Source: Candidatus Zixiibacteriota bacterium (GTDB lineage Bacteria; Zixibacteria; MSB-5A5; UBA10806; 4484-95). Taken from it: DNA of 64,000 nucleotides. Both the position numbers and the translations under genes were made by a program. The DNA lies in contig JBBIRK010000001.1 in assembly GCA_037441845.1 (NCBI GenBank), positions 160,001 through 224,000 of the forward strand, given 5' to 3'. Under the pieces are notes generated by a model that saw only the letters and a list, made by a program, of their open reading frames with translations, was not told the origin of the DNA and did no database searches. Of this stretch, positions 9,153-17,489 are shown one piece after another (within the stretch, counting starts at the first letter, position 1; the number at the start of each line of letters is the position of its first letter).

Positions 9153-9887
9153 ATGTCGATCACATCCGATAATCGTCCCGGATCTGCAGTAATAATAGCC
9201 GCCGGCATGGGAAGCCGGCTTTGGAGCGATATTTTTTCCGGACCGAAAACCTTGCTTCCCTATGGCGAGGCCACGGTTCTATCTACGATAATGAGCGGGC
9301 TGAACAAGGTCGGGGTAAATCGATTCGTAATCGTAATCGGCTACAGAGGAAATGAAATCAGGGACTACCTCGGCAAATATGATCATTTCGGTTGGAAGTG
9401 CGAGTATGTCGTCAACGACGACTGGCAAAAAGGGAACGCTTTGTCGGTGCTTGCGGCAAAAGAATTCGTGGGGAACACTACCTTTTTGCTCTCGATGTCG
9501 GATCATCTGGTCACGGTGGGGGCATTGAATAAAATAGCCGCAGCCCGCTCATCCAAAAATCTACTGCTTGTCGATCAGCGCATCGACCGGGTTTTCGATA
9601 TCGAGGATGCAACCAAAGTTCATTGCAACGATAACAAAATAGAAAAAATCGGCAAGACTCTTTCCAGATACAACGGGATCGATTGCGGGATATTCAAATT
9701 GAACGAACGCATCTTCAAGGCAATAGAAAAAGCCGCGAGGCTCGGGAAAGATTCGATCAGCGCCGCAGCAGAATTGTTGATAGCCGACGGCGATTTCGAG
9801 GCGGTCTTCATGGATTCCGACGATCGCTGGATCGATATCGATACGCCCGAGGCCTACCGATACAGCCTCGAAAACAAAATCGTTTAA
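9153..9887 (+). CDS. NTP-transferase, polyol/choline/inositol-phosphate cytidylyltransferase-like
   Basis: IIAAGMGSRL...PKTL, KGNALS, MSDH, DATKV, DCGIF, WIDIDTPE. Alternative TTG start at 9132. Confidence 0.8.
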   Translation: MSITSDNRPGSAVIIAAGMGSRLWSDIFSGPKTLLPYGEATVLSTIMSGLNKVGVNRFVIVIGYRGNEIRDYLGKYDHFGWKCEYVVNDDWQKGNALSVLAAKEFVGNTTFLLSMSDHLVTVGALNKIAAARSSKNLLLVDQRIDRVFDIEDATKVHCNDNKIEKIGKTLSRYNGIDCGIFKLNERIFKAIEKAARLGKDSISAAAELLIADGDFEAVFMDSDDRWIDIDTPEAYRYSLENKIV

Positions 9888-9923
9888 GTCATTGACATCA
9901 ATCCGAGTGGATTGAATCGGATT

Positions 9924-9957
9924 AAAAAAGGCGGCCCATCCACATGGACCGCCTTTC
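9924..9957. terminator. Intrinsic terminator between convergent genes; U-tract strongest on the minus strand
   Basis: AAAAAAGGCGGCCCAT-ccac-ATGGACCGCCTTT. Confidence 0.7.
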
Positions 9958-9977
9958 ATAAGCAAATCAGTGAAACA

Positions 9978-11348
9978 TCATTCAGCGGGAGTCTGGCTGT
10001 TGCGTCGGAAAACTCTCGGCGTTCCTGATGGCGGCGTGAGATGACAATAGAGCAGGTTGGTGAATCCCTTGAAATATGCTACCAAGCGGGTGATATCAGA
10101 TCCCCTGAATTGGCAATCGTCGTTGACATCGCCGGCCATATACAGGAAATGATTTCCGGGAAGCGAATCATCATAGCAGGAATCCGGAGGATTGGAGCCG
10201 ATTCCCTTGAAATAGCGGACGCCGAACGTGACATCGCCGCCCAGAACGTTACCGTCGCCGTTGATGTCTCCGGGCGTATATTCGCAGGGATGCCGAATCG
10301 TCAGCTGGTAAGTGTCCTCGCTGAATCTGCTTGCGCCTCCGCTCGTGGCGGCCAGAACTTTCCAGTAATAGGTCGAGTCATAGTAAAGGCAAACCGGCGA
10401 TTGCAACGTGGTATCGAATGTGGAATCGGTGATGAAGGGGCTGGAAAATGACGGCGAGAGACTCCAATAGACGCGATAAAATACTTGACTCCCAGTCAGA
10501 GTGTCGAAACTCGGATGCCAGCAAAACAAAGGATAACAGGTTCTGATATTCGAGTGATTGGCGGGCGACTGCAGCCTGAACGCGGTTAAGTCATACAAAA
10601 TCGCCGGCAAACCGATTTTGGCGCTCTGCAGAATTTCCCGCGTCCGGTCGGATTGAACCCAGACGACCAATTCGCAATTCTGCCAGACCAACTGACTGGG
10701 GATCGTAAAGGGAAGCGAAATCTCGACCGTATCTCCTTGCACCAATGTTCTTCGCAATCCGAGCGTATCCGGGATCATATCCCGCATGGTTTGATGATGC
10801 CAAAGTGATCCGTTCGGGGCCTGATAGTATATGCCATTCTGAATTAAAGCGGTTCGCACATATAGACTATCCAGGCTAATGACGTCGGTGGCTATGATCT
10901 TGACTTCGAGCGTGCCGCTTCGAGACAACTGAAAATACACGCCCGAAAGATTGATTTCAAGGGGAGACGGCATTTGCCGCCTGTTTTGTATCATCGTCCA
11001 CCACGAGGTATAAGTATATCCGCCCCTGATTACACCATCGATCCAAGCGTACGGCGTATATCGATAGCCATCGGTATGAGGTGGATAGTAGCGAATCCTG
11101 GCGGAGTTTTCAGTGGGGTTGTACGAATAGAACGGATCGCTGCTGCTGGGCCACCAAGCATGATAACGAACCGCGATGAACTGGTTGGGATAATTTGCAA
11201 CTAACTGATCCAAGACCGAATCAGCAGATTCACAGCCTGCTCACGAGGTGTTGGTTTGCATCTCGATCAACACCATACGCTGTGTTCCGCTTGCCGGTAA
11301 TACCGCGGCAAGTGACAAAACCAGGGCCCAAAGCACTGCGCTGCGCAT
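9978..11348 (-). CDS. Secreted Omp28-related thioredoxin-fold protein, candidate selenoprotein (UxxC; TGA at 11241-11243), with an Ig/FN3-like domain and a C-terminal dockerin-like domain; 456 aa with readthrough
   Basis: GGAGGTG RBS, then MRSAVLWALVLSLAAVLPASGTQRMVLIEMQTNTS-TGA-AGCESADSVLDQL, continuing in frame into the ORF-track protein (YHAWWP..DPFY, YTPYAWIDG, HHQTMRDM, LVVWVQ..REILQ). Confidence 0.85.
11204..11225 (-). promoter_or_regulatory. Candidate bacterial SECIS hairpin
   Basis: mRNA GCUGAUUC-GGUCUU-GGAUCAGU: 8-bp stem including G-U pairs, G-first apical loop, starting 16 nt after the in-frame UGA. Confidence 0.6.
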
Positions 11349-11454
11349 AACACCTCCGAAGCCGAAGCATCAACCTTCGCTCGTAATATAATAATAACCA
11401 TGGAAATTACAAGCGAAACTTCGCTCACAACTTACCGGGAAATAGCCATTAATT

Positions 11455-11485
11455 AAAATGGGTTCCGGTCTCGGCACCCGATTTT
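11455..11485 (-). terminator. Possible intrinsic terminator after the CbcL-like gene
   Basis: Minus strand AAAATCGGGTGCCG-agac-CGGAACCCATTTT imperfect hairpin with a short U-tract. Confidence 0.45.
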
Positions 11486-11516
11486 CTCCATGACCGGTCC
11501 GCCCGGCCGCGTTCCG

Positions 11517-13496
11517 CTATCGATCCTTATTCCGATCCTCGCTTTCAAGATCGGCCGCCGTCGATTCCTGAGGAGGATTTTCGGCAAAAATCGGATCGGC
11601 GGGATGCTCGTGGCGATACATGCTCTCCGGCATTTTGGTGGTAATCCAAGATGGATTCATCGGATAAACCGTGGGGCGGAAAACGGTGGAGTACATATGC
11701 CAAATGGCGATTGCAAGCGTGGCCAACCAAGCTTCGTAATAGTGAATTACAAGCATGACATCGAGAAAACCCTTAGCGAACCAGCGCACGGCCACGTTTT
11801 CGAACCACAGGAAAAAGCCGCTGATAAGCATCACCACCGAACCCCAAACAAGCGCCCAGTATTCGGCTTTTTCCACGTAGCTGAACCTGCCCAAACGGGG
11901 GGGATCAGGGTTACGGCCGAGATTATATTTTATCATCTGCCAGAACTGAATGAAATCGGTCGCTCGAGGGAAAATGTCGCGAATAAATCCGCGGCCGCGC
12001 CGGGTGAACAAGTAGACCACATGCCAAATCAAGGTCAGTATAAAAATCACCGCGGCGACCCGATGAATGATACCCCGCAAAGGAAAACCACCTTCCCAAC
12101 CGAAAAGCAGTTTAACCCAACCCGATTCTGAATAGCGCAGCGAGAAACCGGTAACGACAAGAGTGATGAACGTAATCGTCAAGAACATATGCTGCCAGGC
12201 TTCGTTGCGAGTCATCCTTTGAATCTGCTTCTTGGAAAGCAAAATCTGGAATTGCTTTCGCAAATCGATAAGCCAATGGATCACCATGGTGCCGATTATA
12301 ACTACAATAGCCACTATATAAATCAGCCGCACCAATCTTGCCGCCGGAGTGCCGGATATACCCGGCGTCCCGTGGATCGGAGTCTGGGCCAAAGTAGCGG
12401 TGATGCCCGGATGGCAGCGTCCGCACGTTTGTTGCAGGTTGGCCATGTTGATAGACGATTTGGGGTCGGTGTGCGGCAATATCAGATGGGCGCCATGGCA
12501 AGATGCACAATTGGCAACGGTAATATCGCCCGCTCGGCTTTTTAATCCATGATAACTATCCACCCAGGTTTTCAGGCGCCCGGTGGGGATACCGTATTTT
12601 TCATTCAACCTTGCCGATTCGTGGCAGGGAGAGCACGTTGCCTGGGCGACCCTCGTCGGACTCACCGGGGAACGAGGATCAGTCGGCGATAGAATTCCGT
12701 GTTCACCGTGGCAATCCGTGCAAACTGGCGAATCCGTCTCGCCCCGGGCTACCAATTTACCATGAATCCCCTCCCAATAATCGTTTTCTATACTGCGATG
12801 GCATTTGCCGCATGTTTTAGGAATATTGAAATGATAAATCGTCGAAGTGGGATTGAACGGCGATAGTATTTTATGAGCGGTCCCCTCGGCCGAATGACAG
12901 TCGTTGCAGGTGGCGGCGGTGTAGATTCCCCCCATCGACGCCTTGCCGTGAACGCTGCTTTCAAACACCTCGATCGGTTTTTCCACCAGGATATCATGTT
13001 TCCTTATGATATTCAAATCCTCATGACAGGTAGCGCATGTGCGCGGCAAATTCAAAGGATTGACCGCGGATTCTTTTTCGGTCGATGGCAGTATATTGTG
13101 TCTGCCGTGGCAATCCGCGCAACCCGGAATGTCCGGGCTGGTGCCTACTTCGAGCCGCCCGTGCCAGCGGTAAACCTCTTTTTCCTGCGAATGGCATGAG
13201 CCGCAATCGACCTTTTCGAGTTCCTCGGCATGGGGAATTTCGCTTATGCCGGAGTGGCAATCGGTGCATTCGAATCCGCCGTGGGAAGAGGTCTTATAAG
13301 CAATTGTATCAATGGCCAAGCTGATCGTCTTGCCGAATTGATTTTGCTTGGTCAGGGAGGCATCGCTATGGCATTCGAGACATTCGCTATTGGAGACAGC
13401 CTGCGCCGGACTGACGATAACCCAGGGGACAATGAAAACGATGATCGTGCCCGGCAAGAAACGATTTATCATTTGTTTTGCGTGAGCAATCATCAT
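11517..13496 (-). CDS. CbcL-like inner-membrane cytochrome: 11 c-type hemes plus a C-terminal cytochrome b (FdnI/HyaC-like) domain
   Basis: Signal peptide; 11 CxxCH motifs counted; TM domain with candidate His ligands (WQHMFL, IIHRVAA, VIHYYEA, IWHMY) and YVEKAEYWA. Exact start uncertain. Confidence 0.88.
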   Translation of the reverse strand: MMIAHAKQMINRFLPGTIIVFIVPWVIVSPAQAVSNSECLECHSDASLTKQNQFGKTISLAIDTIAYKTSSHGGFECTDCHSGISEIPHAEELEKVDCGSCHSQEKEVYRWHGRLEVGTSPDIPGCADCHGRHNILPSTEKESAVNPLNLPRTCATCHEDLNIIRKHDILVEKPIEVFESSVHGKASMGGIYTAATCNDCHSAEGTAHKILSPFNPTSTIYHFNIPKTCGKCHRSIENDYWEGIHGKLVARGETDSPVCTDCHGEHGILSPTDPRSPVSPTRVAQATCSPCHESARLNEKYGIPTGRLKTWVDSYHGLKSRAGDITVANCASCHGAHLILPHTDPKSSINMANLQQTCGRCHPGITATLAQTPIHGTPGISGTPAARLVRLIYIVAIVVIIGTMVIHWLIDLRKQFQILLSKKQIQRMTRNEAWQHMFLTITFITLVVTGFSLRYSESGWVKLLFGWEGGFPLRGIIHRVAAVIFILTLIWHVVYLFTRRGRGFIRDIFPRATDFIQFWQMIKYNLGRNPDPPRLGRFSYVEKAEYWALVWGSVVMLISGFFLWFENVAVRWFAKGFLDVMLVIHYYEAWLATLAIAIWHMYSTVFRPTVYPMNPSWITTKMPESMYRHEHPADPIFAENPPQESTAADLESEDRNKDR

Positions 13497-13722
13497 CAGA
13501 CCTTCGCCTTAAACATATGGCAAACTTGTAATCATTTCCAATCGGCTGTCAAGACTTTATTATGCTCATCGCAGCTCTATCATCGACTACGAAGACCCAG
13601 TATGCCAGTTTACGGCTGGCAGAAAAGTTATCATGAAAAAAAATTATTCTTGATATTATCATCATAAAATATTAATATTGACGCCGTTCTGTCGATCTTT
13701 TGATAAGCGAAAGGAGGATCGG

Positions 13723-14649
13723 TTGAGGATTATTTATGGATCGGAAATTCTGATTGTCTTGACCGTTATTCTTCGATTGATATCAATATCGCCTGATGTA
13801 TTCGCTGAGAATACTCCGAATTGTCTCGATTGCCACGAAGGTTATGACAAATCGCTTGCGGGAACCGCCCACCAGATTTCGTCCGATCGCCTTTTGAAAG
13901 CAGCGATCAAGGTCGAATGTATCAGCTGCCACGACGGCTGGCAAGAACATCAGGAGATGCCTACGATTGAGAATATCACGCAACCGTTCAGGCTGGTATC
14001 CTCCAGACAGGTCGAGCTCTGCGGACGCTGCCATCTGACTCCCCACCAAAAGACTATGGCCTCAACCGATCCGCATGCGAACGCCGGGCTGAGCTGCGGT
14101 TCTTGTCATTCGATTCACGCATCAGGCGCCGAGACAGGGACCTTCGATAAAAATGAACGCTGTCTTTCCTGTCACCGCACGGTTGCGCTTGAATTAACCC
14201 GCCGATCGGCTCACCCGCTCAATACGGGAAATATGGAATGCACGGATTGTCATGAGCAGGGATCAGCTCAGGGATCGCTGCAGAAAATAGGATTCGATTG
14301 GACCTGCCAGGGATGCCACCCGGATAAGGCAGGACCATTTATATACGAACATCCGGTCAATTACTCGCATCTGACGGCCGGCGGCTCTTGTATCGAATGC
14401 CACAATCCTCACGGTTCAGATAACGACCGTCTGCTGAATCAGCCTGGGAGCGGAAACTGCTTGCAGTGCCATTCTATCCCTGCCGGTCATCGCACCGTTC
14501 ACAGCGGCCTTGGGACGAAATTCGCCTGCGCGGAATGCCATTCGGAAATACACGGTTCGATGAACAACCGTTATTTGCTCGATCCGCAACTCGGCTCCAA
14601 ACTGTTCCCGGATTGCTATCAATCCGGCTGTCACATAGTCAATCAATAA
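13723..14649 (+). CDS. DmsE/MtrA-like periplasmic decaheme cytochrome c
   Basis: AAGGAGG RBS then TTG at 13723; 10 CxxCH plus one CX4CH; GPFIYEHP, CHNPHGS and CHSEIHGS motifs. Confidence 0.88.
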   Translation: MRIIYGSEILIVLTVILRLISISPDVFAENTPNCLDCHEGYDKSLAGTAHQISSDRLLKAAIKVECISCHDGWQEHQEMPTIENITQPFRLVSSRQVELCGRCHLTPHQKTMASTDPHANAGLSCGSCHSIHASGAETGTFDKNERCLSCHRTVALELTRRSAHPLNTGNMECTDCHEQGSAQGSLQKIGFDWTCQGCHPDKAGPFIYEHPVNYSHLTAGGSCIECHNPHGSDNDRLLNQPGSGNCLQCHSIPAGHRTVHSGLGTKFACAECHSEIHGSMNNRYLLDPQLGSKLFPDCYQSGCHIVNQ

Positions 14650-14653
14650 GGGG

Positions 14654-16213
14654 GTGGCGATGATCAAGAGAAATTTTATCTTGTCGGCCGTTCTGATCGC
14701 GATTTTAGGGGGCGGTTGGGTCTTTGCCGGAACCGGTAACGGAAATCTGGGTATCGGCTATATCACGATAGATGACGAAGGCAACAAATCGGCGGACAGG
14801 GCGACTTATAATTTATACGAGGGGGTTCAACTTTCGCTGAACGGATTCCGTTATATGTTGGACAACGGAATCGTCTTGAACGCCGATTTCAATGGGGTTC
14901 CTTTGAAAAATCGCAATCTGGCCATGGGAATATCGAGGTCGGGACTTTTCGGCGCCGATTTCTATCACAATCGTTATCGACGGAATTACGATTTCGACGG
15001 GGCTGCGAATTCGCGGCGCAATCGCTCGGGCACCGATATCTGGGTTTATCCGGTCAAACAGCTTAAAATATATATGAATCTGGACTACGTGGATGTTACC
15101 GGCCGCCAGGCGCAGATGTTCGATTTCGGAATTCCTGACACTCAGACGATCAGCTATGACAATCAACGTTATTCGTTCGGAGCCAGATTCGCTCATCGGG
15201 GAAGGATGCTGCAGGCGGATTTCGGAATAGGCAGATTCGACAACAGGCTCGACGACGAATACGATCAAGATCGACGCGAATTCACTATCACCGGACACTA
15301 TCCGATACCTCGATACGAGCGTCTTGTGCTGACCGGTGTTGTCAAACACTTCAAAAATGAATTCGCGGGCGGCGGGCAGGGAATACGATCCGATGCCTAC
15401 ATGGGAACTGCACTGCTGCACTTGAACACGAAAATATGGATCAAATACTTGGGCTTTTTCAATAGGGCAAAATCGGACAGCGATCTGGTGGCGACCGATA
15501 ATTTGGCCCATGCATTTTTCGTATCATTCACCGGACCTCAAAAAGGCGGGTTGACCATAGGCTATCAGGTCAGCGTAAACGACGATTACGACCGCGGCAT
15601 AGATGGATCGGCCTATTACGCGAGCGCCTGGTATAAGCCCATGGAAACGGCGGAAGTGCGCGGCGAATACGGCCTGAAACTCGAGGATGTGGCTTCGGGA
15701 ACCAGATTGATCGGCGACCGAGAGGACAGCCGCTATAGGCTCGAATTCAAGTGGCGTCCGAACGCCCGCGCGAACCTGAAATTGCGAGCCGAAAGTAAAA
15801 ACAGAACCAACGATCAACTGGGAACCGAATACGATTTTATGCGCTACTCGGCTCAAATAGAGCTCGGCGTCTTGCGCCATCTGAATTTCGTCGGGGGTTA
15901 TGCCTACTCTTCCGGCAAGTATTCGAATCTATCGCAGGAATTCGAATATGCCGATGACCAAGTTTACGGCGATTTCGAATTATCCGAAGTGGGTAGGTTG
16001 ATAGCGGGGGTGGGCGGAAATTGGAATCGCAGTAGGCGTGATTTGAATCTGGAAAATTCCAGCCTGAGATTCAAGGGCGGATTCCGTTTTGCCGGCGACT
16101 ACCAATTGCTGGCATATTATAAAGTTTACAATTTCGATGATCTTCAATACCGCGACCGTTATTTCACTTCCAACGTCGTGGAAGTAAGCCTTGGCAAATC
16201 AATATCATTTTAA
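14654..16213 (+). CDS. Outer-membrane beta-barrel porin of a porin-cytochrome conduit (occupies the MtrB/PioB position)
   Basis: Signal peptide, alternating amphipathic Tyr/Gly-rich strands, C-terminal Phe (SLGKSISF); lies between two multiheme cytochrome genes. Confidence 0.8.
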   Translation: MAMIKRNFILSAVLIAILGGGWVFAGTGNGNLGIGYITIDDEGNKSADRATYNLYEGVQLSLNGFRYMLDNGIVLNADFNGVPLKNRNLAMGISRSGLFGADFYHNRYRRNYDFDGAANSRRNRSGTDIWVYPVKQLKIYMNLDYVDVTGRQAQMFDFGIPDTQTISYDNQRYSFGARFAHRGRMLQADFGIGRFDNRLDDEYDQDRREFTITGHYPIPRYERLVLTGVVKHFKNEFAGGGQGIRSDAYMGTALLHLNTKIWIKYLGFFNRAKSDSDLVATDNLAHAFFVSFTGPQKGGLTIGYQVSVNDDYDRGIDGSAYYASAWYKPMETAEVRGEYGLKLEDVASGTRLIGDREDSRYRLEFKWRPNARANLKLRAESKNRTNDQLGTEYDFMRYSAQIELGVLRHLNFVGGYAYSSGKYSNLSQEFEYADDQVYGDFELSEVGRLIAGVGGNWNRSRRDLNLENSSLRFKGGFRFAGDYQLLAYYKVYNFDDLQYRDRYFTSNVVEVSLGKSISF

Positions 16214-16225
16214 AGGAGATAAATC

Positions 16226-17329
16226 ATGAACAAAAAGGCAATGCTGATTTCGGCGGCTCTGGCGGTTGCAGTTTTATTCCTGGCAGGGTGCGAAAGAAAG
16301 GTTGTCGTCGAGGATAACGACCAGACCTCGTTGGCAAGCTGTTTCACCTGCCACGGCGATCAGGAATTCGCCATGCTTGCCGCGAAAAATCAATGGGAAC
16401 ATTCCCAGCACGCATCGGGCGAAAACGCCGATAGGAATCGAAATTATGATCCTACCCGCTACCAAACCTGCGAAAAATGCCACACCAACGAAGGATTCAT
16501 CGCGGAACTCACCGGGACGCCGTATGAAGGCGGAGAGTTCTCGGTGATCGGCTGTTTCACCTGCCATGCCCCACACACAAACGGCAATCTCGATTTGCGC
16601 ACCACCGCAGCGGTGGCTTTGTTGAACGGCGATTCGTACGACCGTGAGGAATCGAACATCTGCGCCAGATGCCATCAAGCGCGCGAAAACGCCACGACCT
16701 ACATAGTCGACGGCGTCCGACTGTCGACCCGTTGGGGACCTCACCACAGCAACCAAGCGGATATGCTTCTCGGGTCCAACGCCTATGAGTATGAAGGATT
16801 CGATTACGACAATTCCGCTCATACCAATGCAGCCGACGAGGGATGCCTGAATTGCCACATGGCGCCCGGCATCTCCAATATGGTTGGCGGGCACACGTTC
16901 AGAATGTACGACGAAGAAAGCGAACATATTCTCGTTTCCGGCTGCAACGCCGCCACCTGCCATAACGGCGATATCAGCGGTTCGTTTAATGTCACTGCCG
17001 ACGAGGACTACGACTGGGATGGAAACACCGAGGGCGTCGCCGATGAAATCACCGGACTTCTTGACAGCCTGTTCGTCTTGTTACAGGCGGGAAATTTGAT
17101 GACCAGCTCCGGTTCACCGGTAAACAATCGGGTCGTGGCGCTTGCGGAATCGGCCGGCGCAGTGTATAATTATTTGTTCGTGGAAGAGGACAAATCCGAG
17201 GGAATTCATAACACGGAATACGCGGTCGGGCTTCTGCAATCTTCCATAAACTACTTGGCCACCGGCGATCCGAACGGTTTCTTGCGTAAGCCGGGTATGG
17301 GAACATTGACGATGGCGGCGGCGCATTAA
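16226..17329 (+). CDS. Lipoprotein multiheme cytochrome c (5 CxxCH plus 1 CX4CH), probably surface-exposed
   Basis: AAGGAG RBS; LAGC lipobox; CFTCH, CEKCH, CFTCH, CARCH, CLNCH, CNAATCH; C-terminal GAVYN...GIHNTEY. Confidence 0.88.
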   Translation: MNKKAMLISAALAVAVLFLAGCERKVVVEDNDQTSLASCFTCHGDQEFAMLAAKNQWEHSQHASGENADRNRNYDPTRYQTCEKCHTNEGFIAELTGTPYEGGEFSVIGCFTCHAPHTNGNLDLRTTAAVALLNGDSYDREESNICARCHQARENATTYIVDGVRLSTRWGPHHSNQADMLLGSNAYEYEGFDYDNSAHTNAADEGCLNCHMAPGISNMVGGHTFRMYDEESEHILVSGCNAATCHNGDISGSFNVTADEDYDWDGNTEGVADEITGLLDSLFVLLQAGNLMTSSGSPVNNRVVALAESAGAVYNYLFVEEDKSEGIHNTEYAVGLLQSSINYLATGDPNGFLRKPGMGTLTMAAAH

Positions 17330-17396
17330 TAGCCGACCGATAGTCTGTAATAGATAAAAGGGACACCAAACTGAATCAACCGCAGTGACAGTCCCC

Positions 17397-17436
17397 CGGC
17401 GCCCGTCATAGCAATTGCCAACGGGCGCCGTTTTTT
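17397..17436 (+). terminator. Intrinsic terminator ending the porin-cytochrome operon
   Basis: Perfect 10-bp stem CGGCGCCCGT / ACGGGCGCCG followed by TTTTTT. Confidence 0.85.
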
Positions 17437-17489
17437 ATATGATTGTCGTACGGGAAATTGAAAAATAGGGAAATGCTTAGGACAACCAT

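Noticed and set aside
11241..11243. TGA as a sign of genome-wide UGA recoding or a nonsense pseudogene
   Set aside because: Many genes here end in TGA (for example glnA and rho), so it is a normal stop. The position on the redox Cys plus the hairpin favours Sec, though a nonsense mutation cannot be fully excluded.
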